Part shown: positions 55,154 through 64,000 of the stretch, piece by piece | How positions within the stretch are numbered: the first letter of the stretch is position 1 | Layout: each line of letters begins with the position of its first letter | From: Escherichia coli | GTDB taxonomy: Bacteria; Pseudomonadota; Gammaproteobacteria; Enterobacterales; Enterobacteriaceae | Assembly (NCBI RefSeq): GCF_048403405.1 | Contig: NZ_CP183131.1 | Strand: one strand, 5' to 3' | DNA: 64,000 nucleotides | Program-made: the position numbers and the translations under genes | The notes under the pieces: model-generated | Seen by the model: only the letters and a program-made list of their open reading frames with translations | The model's database searches: none | What the model was told of the DNA's origin: nothing

Positions 55154-55989
55154 TGTTCATGCCGCCTGTTTTTCCTGCTCATTGGCACGTTTCGCAACCT
55201 GTTCTCATTGCGGACACCTTTTCCAGCCTCGTTTGGAAAGTTTCATTGCCAGACGGGACTCCTGCAATCGTCAAGGGATTGAAACCTATAGAAGACATTG
55301 CTGATGAACTGCGCGGGGCCGACTATCTGGTATGGCGCAATGGGAGGGGAGCAGTCCGGTTGCTCGGTCGTGAGAACAATCTGATGTTGCTCGAATATGC
55401 CGGGGAGCGAATGCTCTCTCACATCGTTGCCGAGCACGGCGACTACCAGGCGACCGAAATTGCAGCGGAACTAATGGCGAAGCTGTATGCCGCATCTGAG
55501 GAACCCCTGCCTTCTGCCCTTCTCCCGATCCGGGATCGCTTTGCAGCTTTGTTTCAGCGGGCGCGCGATGATCAAAACGCAGGTTGTCAAACTGACTACG
55601 TCCACGCGGCGATTATAGCCGATCAAATGATGAGCAATGCCTCGGAACTGCGTGGGCTACATGGCGATCTGCATCATGAAAACATCATGTTCTCCAGTCG
55701 CGGCTGGCTGGTGATAGATCCCGTCGGTCTGGTCGGTGAAGTGGGCTTTGGCGCCGCCAATATGTTCTACGATCCGGCTGACAGAGACGACCTTTGTCTC
55801 GATCCTAGACGCATTGCACAGATGGCGGACGCATTCTCTCGTGCGCTGGACGTCGATCCGCGTCGCCTGCTCGACCAGGCGTACGCTTATGGGTGCCTTT
55901 CCGCAGCTTGGAACGCGGATGGAGAAGAGGAGCAACGCGATCTAGCTATCGCGGCCGCGATCAAGCAGGTGCGACAGACGTCATACTAG
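55153..55989 (+). CDS. aph(6)-Id: aminoglycoside 6-phosphotransferase APH(6)-Id (StrB)
   Basis: Protein recognised as StrB starting MFMPPVFPAHWHVSQ; start overlaps strA stop. Confidence 0.95.
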   Translation: MFMPPVFPAHWHVSQPVLIADTFSSLVWKVSLPDGTPAIVKGLKPIEDIADELRGADYLVWRNGRGAVRLLGRENNLMLLEYAGERMLSHIVAEHGDYQATEIAAELMAKLYAASEEPLPSALLPIRDRFAALFQRARDDQNAGCQTDYVHAAIIADQMMSNASELRGLHGDLHHENIMFSSRGWLVIDPVGLVGEVGFGAANMFYDPADRDDLCLDPRRIAQMADAFSRALDVDPRRLLDQAYAYGCLSAAWNADGEEEQRDLAIAAAIKQVRQTSY

Positions 55990-56255
55990 ATATCAAGCGA
56001 CTTCTCCTATCCCCTGGGAACACATCAATCTCACCGGAGAATATCGCTGGCCAAAGCCTTAGCGTAGGATTCCGCCCCTTCCCGCAAACGACCCCAAACA
56101 GGAAACGCAGCTGAAACGGGAAGCTCAACACCCACTGACGCATGGGTTGTTCAGGCAGTACTTCATCAACCAGCAAGGCGGCACTTTCGGCCATCCGCCG
56201 CGCCCCACAGCTCGGGCAGAAACCGCGACGCTTACAGCTGAAAGCGACCAGGTGC

Positions 56256-57453
<1,198 letters not shown>

Positions 57454-57919
57454 GCCTGTGGGAGGAAAATAAAGTGTCATCCTAACTACAGGACCCTGCA
57501 ACGTAGCAATTCCTGCAAAAATCCATTTAAAACAATGACTTATTTCAATTCTGCCATCTGCAAGCGTTTTGTGGGGATGGAGGCCGGAATCATTAAAGTA
57601 TCATCCTAATTTTCGCTCAACCTTGGAAAATGCTGAGAATCGTAAAAATAAAGTTTCATCCTTTCCGCTACTAGTTCAAGGCTTTCTTCCGGCCGCCGGC
57701 AACAACGCTGCTTGGCTGAGGCGATCCACTTGCGCTACCGCTCACTGATCAGATCGAACTTGAACTCGACGAGCAGCCAACCATCAGGCCGAGCGTGATC
57801 GCCAAAAAAAACGGATCATGCGAAATCCTTCGTTGAGTTTGGCGCGGGTTTTAGCAAATCAGCTGGCCCGCGATCCGGTTGAGAGTGATCCGAAGCGGTC
57901 CTTGACGACCGGCACAAAT

Positions 57920-59536
57920 CGGCCGATTCTGTTGAAAAAGTAGCTTTAGCGGCAGCCTGCCGATCAGGTGTGCCTGCTGTCGAAGTGGCTGCAAGCCACT
58001 TCAAGTTGCCTTCCGGCGTTTCACTGAGCGTCCTTGCTCAGGTTTAAGGGTTAATTTGAGGGTTTCTGCTCGTAGCAGGCATACCTATCCCGTCAGCGGT
58101 GGCCCTTGAGGCAAAAGCTTGGCCATGCGGCGCAGGTTCTGCACCATCGCAGCCAAGGTGAATTCGTCAGTGGCACCCGTTAGGCCACGCAGTCGTAAAC
58201 GGTCGAGTTTCATGATCCGTTTGAGGTGGGCGAAAAGCATCTCCACCTTCTTTCGTTCGCAGCGAGAGACGAGGTACTCCGGTGTCTTGGCGATGCGTCG
58301 AGCCACGTCGCGGGCAGCCTCATGGATGCTGCGGACGATCTTCCGATTCGGCGTGTTGGGGCAGCATTTCGCTTTCAACGGGCAGGTGGCGCAGTCGGTT
58401 TGGCTGGAGCGGTAAATGACGGTTTTGGCCTTAGTTACCCGCGACCTTTGCTGGGTGAAGGCGCGCCATTCACTGCGTAGCGGTTTGCCGGCTGGGCAGC
58501 GATATTCATTGGCGTCCTGACTCCAGTGAAAGTCGTTACTGGAGAGGCTGTCGTCCTTGCGCTCGGTCTTGTCCCACACCGGCACATGCGGTTCGATGTC
58601 CTTTTCTTCGACCATCCAGGCCAGCATCGGGGCGGTGCCATAAGCGGTATCGCCGATAAGGCGTTCCGGTGTGAGATCGAACTGCGCCTCGACACGCTCG
58701 ACCATCGTCCTAGTCGAATCGACTTCGGCGGTACGGTGCGCCGGGGTAGCTTCCACGTCCATGATCACACCGTGCTCAGTGTCGATCAGGTAATTCGTGG
58801 AGTAGGCAAAAAAGGCCGGGCCACCTGGCGCTGCTGTCCAACGGGACTGAGGATCAGTGAGCGAAATTTTCTTGGGAAGAGCCTCAGCCAGCGCCTCTTC
58901 ATCAAGGGCTTCGAGGTACTCGCGCACTGCGCGGCTGCTGAGCTTTGGATCGTTCCAATCGACCTCATCTCCCGCCACCCCACGTTGCCGGCTGGCATCC
59001 GCCTTAATGATGCTGGCGTCGACGGCGAAACCTTCACCCTTGACTAGGCCGGCTGCCATGCAGCGCCGCAGCACCTCATTGAATAACCAGCGGAATAGAT
59101 CGCTGTCACGAAAACGCCCATGGCGATTCTTCGAGAAGGTCGAGTGATTGGGGACTTCGTCTTCCAGACCCAACCGGCAGAACCAGCGATAGGCCAGGTT
59201 CAGGTGCACCTCTTCGCACAATCGCCGCTCGGAACGAATGCCATAGCAGTAGCCGACGACCAGCATGCGCACCATCAACTCCGGGTCAATCGAGGGACGC
59301 CCGATGGGGCTATAGAAATCTGCCAGGTAGGCACGTAGATCACTGAGATCCAAGCACTGGTCGATGCTGCGCAGGAGATGTTGGGCCGGGACGTGATCTT
59401 CCAGATTGAACGAGTAGAACAGGCGCTGCTGTCCTCCCGGTAACTGTCCCATCATGCTGTTCGCCCCCACGCTCGCTGACAAAGCAATTTTGCCAACGGC
59501 ATGGGGAGGCCGCTACTTTTTCAACAGAATCGGCCG
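57920..59536 (-). mobile_element. insertion sequence with 25-bp perfect terminal inverted repeats (IS1182/IS5-superfamily-like; possibly ISCfr1-related, name from memory)
   Basis: CGGCCGATTCTGTTGAAAAAGTAGC at ~57920 and its reverse complement at ~59512; single transposase ORF. Confidence 0.7.
58085..59482 (-). CDS. tnpA: IS transposase (DDE type)
   Basis: 465-aa ORF filling the TIR-bounded element. Confidence 0.7.
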   Translation of the reverse strand: MSASVGANSMMGQLPGGQQRLFYSFNLEDHVPAQHLLRSIDQCLDLSDLRAYLADFYSPIGRPSIDPELMVRMLVVGYCYGIRSERRLCEEVHLNLAYRWFCRLGLEDEVPNHSTFSKNRHGRFRDSDLFRWLFNEVLRRCMAAGLVKGEGFAVDASIIKADASRQRGVAGDEVDWNDPKLSSRAVREYLEALDEEALAEALPKKISLTDPQSRWTAAPGGPAFFAYSTNYLIDTEHGVIMDVEATPAHRTAEVDSTRTMVERVEAQFDLTPERLIGDTAYGTAPMLAWMVEEKDIEPHVPVWDKTERKDDSLSSNDFHWSQDANEYRCPAGKPLRSEWRAFTQQRSRVTKAKTVIYRSSQTDCATCPLKAKCCPNTPNRKIVRSIHEAARDVARRIAKTPEYLVSRCERKKVEMLFAHLKRIMKLDRLRLRGLTGATDEFTLAAMVQNLRRMAKLLPQGPPLTG

Positions 59537-59569
59537 CACACAGCCATTCGGCTCAACAGAACCCTGCCT

Positions 59570-60727
59570 TTACCCCACCAAACTCCGGAAACTCGCCCGG
59601 TAGTCCGTCGGCTTGAGATGCACATGTTGGCTGAGGTCGCCGGGTAGCGTGAACAGGCGCGGACCGTCCCGAAACTGGAACACGCGATACAGATGGAATT
59701 GATCGCCCGCCTCCTTGGAGAATTCGAGTTCGTTGTGGCTGACCAAGAAAGACGAGCCTACCCCGCCATTGGTGGTTTTCACCTCGATGAAGCGCTCATG
59801 GGCGTCCTCTTCGAACGACAGGATGTCGAACCCCGCACCGTCTCCCTGGGTGTCGGACACCCAATCCAGCCGCTGAAAAAGCTCTGGGTGGCCGAGCTCG
59901 GTCAGGCGTTGCTGTTCGTAGCCAATCACCCACTGCTCCCCTGCCCGGCCCAGCTTGCGGTTGGCTTCATCGCGAGCGGCATAATCGAACTTTCGCGGTA
60001 GGCGTTGCCGTAGAGATGCCGGGGTACGCACAAGCACTTCACGGGCGGGTGGTTCTACCAAAGCCGCTCGGTAGGTTTTGTCACCCGGAAGTTTTACCTC
60101 CTCCAGGGCATCGACAAGAGCGCCGACCGTCTGCTGATGTTCCAGAACGTAGGCGTGTACGGATTTACGCAGCAGCAGTTGGCTGTTGCCGCGTGGCTTG
60201 TAGCCGTTGATATAGGGCAGGCCCAGGGCATCGAGTACGGCGCTAATGTTCTGGTGCTTGAGCTCGACTGAAGACTTGCTGCGACCGTTCAGCAGTTGGC
60301 GCAGTGCCTGGTTGTGCTCGGACTTGTGGTACGGCTCCCCAGCCGCCTCGGCACGCAGCATGTCGAAATAGTCTTCGACCGTGGCCAGGACCTCTTCTTC
60401 GGACCAGTCTTCGCCGATGCGAATGATGCGAAACCCGAGCCGCGTCAGCGCCGGAACGACGGTCGTCTCGCCACCGGAGAAGCTGTCAGCAGTGAGCGGG
60501 CCCTGCTCGGGAAATTGCTTGCCGAAGGCCACACCGGCGATGGCCTTGGAATCGCAATCGGTGCCGGTCTTCGGATCACGTACCAGGAAGTCGCGGGACT
60601 TGCCGTAGCCGTGGCGCGCCAGGAATTTCGTGCGGCCCAGTTGCACGAACTCATCGATGGCAGCCTGCACGGCGGCGGGGCTTCGAAGCTGGGAGAGTTG
60701 AGACACAGGGTCCTTCCTTACTGTCAT
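59570..60727 (-). CDS. DUF3883-like (NOV C-terminal, restriction-endonuclease-fold) domain protein
   Basis: C-terminal region WVIGYEQQRL...GFDILSFEEDAHERFIEVKTT...FHLYRVFQF resembles DUF3883 (recalled); start set at ATG giving MTVRKDP; GC-rich. Confidence 0.5.
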   Translation of the reverse strand: MTVRKDPVSQLSQLRSPAAVQAAIDEFVQLGRTKFLARHGYGKSRDFLVRDPKTGTDCDSKAIAGVAFGKQFPEQGPLTADSFSGGETTVVPALTRLGFRIIRIGEDWSEEEVLATVEDYFDMLRAEAAGEPYHKSEHNQALRQLLNGRSKSSVELKHQNISAVLDALGLPYINGYKPRGNSQLLLRKSVHAYVLEHQQTVGALVDALEEVKLPGDKTYRAALVEPPAREVLVRTPASLRQRLPRKFDYAARDEANRKLGRAGEQWVIGYEQQRLTELGHPELFQRLDWVSDTQGDGAGFDILSFEEDAHERFIEVKTTNGGVGSSFLVSHNELEFSKEAGDQFHLYRVFQFRDGPRLFTLPGDLSQHVHLKPTDYRASFRSLVG

Positions 60728-61288
60728 GGTGTGCCGGGAACCGCCGAGCCACGAGATTATGAGTAGCCCCTGAACAGAAACGTCACGATAAAAGCCGTGA
60801 ACGCCACCAGGCCCATTAAATCCCTTGCGTATTTGCAGCCCGTGCTGTCCAAACCTGTACCAGGTCCGATCAACACGCTCCAACCATTGAGGTACGAAAA
60901 CACCGCCTGACCGAACAAAAAATGCGTGATAGCCGCCGCAGCCATGACGCCGGAATCGTCAGACAGGCTGTAGCTGTTGACCATTGCCCTGTACGCCTGC
61001 ATCTGAAATGGCTATTGCCCTGATGGGAGCCGGCTTTTCAGCCACCGACACCAGCGATGCCGTCAATATTCTTTACCCGATAACCATGACCGTACAAGCT
61101 AACAAGGCCTGGCAAGCCAGCGGACTTAAAAAGTCTTTTTTTCTACCATCCCACAAAAAAGTTCGTGGTGGAGAAAAGATAAGCTATGCAAGGCTTTAGG
61201 AGACGTGGTTTTTCAGGATGACGAAGAACGATTCGGCGCTAGGTGCAACATAGGTGCATCGCACGAGCGCTAGGAACGGCGAAAAAAG

Positions 61289-61587
61289 GCGGACGTGGCG
61301 AAATCGGTAGACGCAGCAGACTTTAAAATTGGAGTGCCCGCGGGGAAATCCGCGGAGTAGAACCGCTCAAAGTCGGGGAACGCTAACGGGCAATACCCTA
61401 AGCCAATCCCGAGCCAAGCCCCTTCGGGGGAAGGTGTAGAGACTGGACGGGCGGCGCCTAAAGCCTTCGGGCAATGGCGAAGGGACAGTCCAGACCACGA
61501 ACGTCATCAGACGGCGGCGAAAGTCGAGGTGGTACGAAAATCTGCTTCTCTGTGAGAGTACGGGTTCGAGTCCCGTCGTCCGCACCA
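61289..61587 (+). tRNA. tRNA-Leu(UAA) gene interrupted in the anticodon loop by a ~213-nt group I intron
   Basis: 5' exon GCGGACGTGGCGAAATCGGTAGACGCAGCAGACTT; 3' exon AAAATCTGC + long variable arm + T-arm ACGGGTTCGAGTCCCGT + CGTCCGCACCA; intron ends in G and carries group I core-like GTGTAGAGACTGGACGG / ACAGTCCAGACC. Confidence 0.7.
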
Positions 61588-61680
61588 CAAAGCCAAACAT
61601 CCCTGCGATGATCGACCTCTGGGCGTTTGGTCGTGAGCCCGCCACCCTCGCGCTACGCTTTGCGCAGGCGTCGAAGGCGA

Positions 61681-62223
61681 TCAGGTGCGCCCATCGATTC
61701 CGTCGAGCACCATCGCTGCGAGTTCATCGCTGGTGTGTGCACCACTATCGAGAACACGGGTTGTGCATGGAAGCCGTTCCCTTGCGGCCAAGCATCGGGC
61801 GACATTCGCTAATCGCCACTCTCGAATCTCCGCATTTCGATTCGGGTCAGGATGCATGGTCTGGTTCGCGATCCGGTGACGCAATAGGTCCTCGTTGAGC
61901 GTCAGAAAGATGTGCAGCAGCTGATCGTCGATCCGCCTTACCCCGTCGAGTATCTCAGTCAGATAGTCCGGGTGCACGAGCGTCATTGGGATGATGATGT
62001 CCTGCGAGTAATTCCTTCGAATCTCCCTGACCGCCGCGATCGTAAGTCCCCTCCACAAGGGGAGATCCTGATAGTCTCCGCTCGCTGGCATGGGGACCGT
62101 TTCTTTCACCACGAACCCGATTTCCTCGGGGTCAAAGATCAGCGATTTGGAACGCCGATCGCGCAGCCGCTTAGCGAGCGTCGTCTTTCCGGCGCCGAAA
62201 GGTCCGTTGATCCAGATTATCAT
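61681..62223 (-). CDS. tmrB: TmrB-like P-loop ATPase (tunicamycin resistance protein family)
   Basis: N-terminus MIIWINGPFGAGKTTLAKRL; adjacent to aac(3)-II. Confidence 0.8.
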   Translation of the reverse strand: MIIWINGPFGAGKTTLAKRLRDRRSKSLIFDPEEIGFVVKETVPMPASGDYQDLPLWRGLTIAAVREIRRNYSQDIIIPMTLVHPDYLTEILDGVRRIDDQLLHIFLTLNEDLLRHRIANQTMHPDPNRNAEIREWRLANVARCLAARERLPCTTRVLDSGAHTSDELAAMVLDGIDGRT

Positions 62224-62235
62224 TGTCGACGGCCT

Positions 62236-63096
62236 CTAACCTGAAGGCTCGCAAGAGCGCTCGACGGCCTCGTGCGGAGGCACGATCGGAGTGGTTCCGA
62301 AATGCTTCTCAAGATAGGTGACGCCGAACGTCACGATGTCCTGCGCGTCGAACAGGTAGCACTGAGCAAAGCCCACGACACCTTCTCGATGGCGACCGAG
62401 CTTCACGTAAGCATTTGCTATAGTTTCAACCGCATCCGGCTTTCCTTCGATAGCAAAGCAATCGAGAATGCCGTTTGAATCGTAATCCGATGCCGTTTTC
62501 CAGGCGACTTCACCGTCTCTTCCAAGCATCGGCATCTCATACGTCACCCACCGTTTGTTGGGGATATCGGCAACCGCCTCGGCGTAGTGCAATGCGGTAA
62601 CGGAGTTTAGCGGCGCACCCAACAGCAGGGCCTTCCCGCCAAGGCGAACGAACCGCTCGACGGGCGATCCTTCCCCCAAGGCGTGACCGAGTTCGTGAGG
62701 CTCCGTCAGCGTTTCAGCCAGCGGACCAACCGCGACCATCGATGCATCGGGGTGCGCGCTGCGCCGCGCGCCGGGGGCTTGAACCAGAAATTGATTCAGC
62801 AGGCCGAACCCACGGTAAGTCCCGGCTGTTGCGGGATCGAACGGCAGCCAGGTACGGCGGGCTTCGTCATCCAGCCGAGCGCCATTCAGAGTCTCCTCGT
62901 AGGGTGATCGGTCCCACGACGCGTATCCCATCACAGTGCCAGTCGGCCCAACCGCGGAGCGTAACGCGGCAACGACCGTCTCCGCTCCTCCTTCGACCGG
63001 ACCAATCGCTTTAAGTGAGGCATGCACCATCAAGAGGTCACCGGTTTGGACTCCGAGTTTTTGAAGCGCCTCCGTTATTGCCTTCCGCGTATGCAT
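62236..63096 (-). CDS. aac(3)-IId: aminoglycoside 3-N-acetyltransferase AAC(3)-II (IIa/IId/IIe group)
   Basis: Protein recognised from MHTRKAITEALQKLGVQTGDLLMVHASLKAIGPVEGGAETVV...; start set at MHTRK. Confidence 0.9.
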   Translation of the reverse strand: MHTRKAITEALQKLGVQTGDLLMVHASLKAIGPVEGGAETVVAALRSAVGPTGTVMGYASWDRSPYEETLNGARLDDEARRTWLPFDPATAGTYRGFGLLNQFLVQAPGARRSAHPDASMVAVGPLAETLTEPHELGHALGEGSPVERFVRLGGKALLLGAPLNSVTALHYAEAVADIPNKRWVTYEMPMLGRDGEVAWKTASDYDSNGILDCFAIEGKPDAVETIANAYVKLGRHREGVVGFAQCYLFDAQDIVTFGVTYLEKHFGTTPIVPPHEAVERSCEPSG

Positions 63097-63120
63097 CGCG
63101 ATATCTCCTCTAAACTGCAA

Positions 63121-63262
63121 AACACTATACGGGGTCTGACGCTCAGTGGAACGAAAACTCACGTTAAGGGATTTTGGTCATGAGATTATCAAAAAGGATC
63201 TTCACCTAGATCCTTTTAAATTAAAAATGAAGTTTTAAATCAATCTAAAGTATATATGAGTA
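63121..63262 (-). mobile_element. second Tn2/Tn3 end fragment (IRR + ~100 bp), direct repeat of 56256..56396, cut by IS26
   Basis: Same IR and adjacent sequence as downstream of blaTEM; diverges into IS26 IRL. Confidence 0.8.
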
Positions 63263-63265
63263 AAC

Positions 63266-64000
63266 GGCACTGTTGCAAATAGTCGGTGGTGATAAACTTA
63301 TCATCCCCTTTTGCTGATGGAGCTGCACATGAACCCATTCAAAGGCCGGCATTTTCAGCGTGACATCATTCTGTGGGCCGTACGCTGGTACTGCAAATAC
63401 GGCATCAGTTACCGTGAGCTGCAGGAGATGCTGGCTGAACGCGGAGTGAATGTCGATCACTCCACGATTTACCGCTGGGTTCAGCGTTATGCGCCTGAAA
63501 TGGAAAAACGGCTGCGCTGGTACTGGCGTAACCCTTCCGATCTTTGCCCGTGGCACATGGATGAAACCTACGTGAAGGTCAATGGCCGCTGGGCGTATCT
63601 GTACCGGGCCGTCGACAGCCGGGGCCGCACTGTCGATTTTTATCTCTCCTCCCGTCGTAACAGCAAAGCTGCATACCGGTTTCTGGGTAAAATCCTCAAC
63701 AACGTGAAGAAGTGGCAGATCCCGCGATTCATCAACACGGATAAAGCGCCCGCCTATGGTCGCGCGCTTGCTCTGCTCAAACGCGAAGGCCGGTGCCCGT
63801 CTGACGTTGAACACCGACAGATTAAGTACCGGAACAACGTGATTGAATGCGATCATGGCAAACTGAAACGGATAATCGGCGCCACGCTGGGATTTAAATC
63901 CATGAAGACGGCTTACGCCACCATCAAAGGTATTGAGGTGATGCGTGCACTACGCAAAGGCCAGGCCTCAGCATTTTATTATGGTGATCCCCTGGGCGAA
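63266..64000 (+). mobile_element. IS26 (left end, continues beyond window)
   Basis: GGCACTGTTGCAAA terminal repeat followed by tnp26 ORF. Confidence 0.9.
63319..64000 (+). CDS. tnpA: IS26 transposase Tnp26 (3' end beyond window)
   Basis: Translation MNPFKGRHFQRDIILWAVRWYCKYGISYRELQEM... matches Tnp26; no stop within window. Confidence 0.9.

Noticed and set aside
57816-58004. 62-aa ORF at 57816..58004
   Set aside because: Spans the IS terminal inverted repeat boundary; no RBS; likely spurious.
60296-60766. 156-aa plus-strand ORF
   Set aside because: Antisense to the DUF3883-like gene in GC-rich DNA.

Overview
This 64-kb window reads as the backbone of a large MOBH-type conjugative element (SXT/R391- or IncA/C-like gene order) followed by a mosaic antibiotic-resistance island. 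All calls are from reading the sequence and ORF translations by eye; no database search was run, and coordinates of non-ORF features may be off by 1-2 nt.

Main content, left to right:
- 1-7.9 kb: a minus-strand recombination module (CobS-like AAA+ ATPase, ssb, bet, exo, vWA protein) with an exact 120-bp repeat in front of two sub-operons.
- 8-10.8 kb: small genes, including a membrane protein whose C-terminus copies the conserved FtsZ C-terminal peptide.
- 10.8-39 kb: type IV secretion and DNA-processing genes (traN, traU, traW, trhF, traC, dsbC, traA/V/B/K/E/L, traD, MOBH relaxase traI). Two unusual insertions sit here: an EAL-domain gene start/stop-coupled between traW and traU, and an ~1,840-aa secreted protein isolated by terminators between traA and dsbC.
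- 40-53 kb: topoisomerase III, a 13-gene minus-strand operon of small unknown proteins plus a Dcm-like methyltransferase, and parA/parB.
- 53.3-64 kb: sul2, strA, strB, a Tn2 fragment with blaTEM-1, an IS1182-like IS, a DUF3883-like gene, a tRNA-Leu(UAA) split by a group I intron, tmrB, aac(3)-II and the start of IS26.

Two recurring promoter motifs organise the backbone: a GCCCAWTTTGGRCA box 74-89 bp upstream of four minus-strand operon starts, and a parS-like palindrome present three times.

I could not single out one undescribed system with certainty. The strongest candidates are the FtsZ-tail mimic, the 42.8-49.2 kb operon, the intron-containing tRNA and the EAL gene inside the tra operon.
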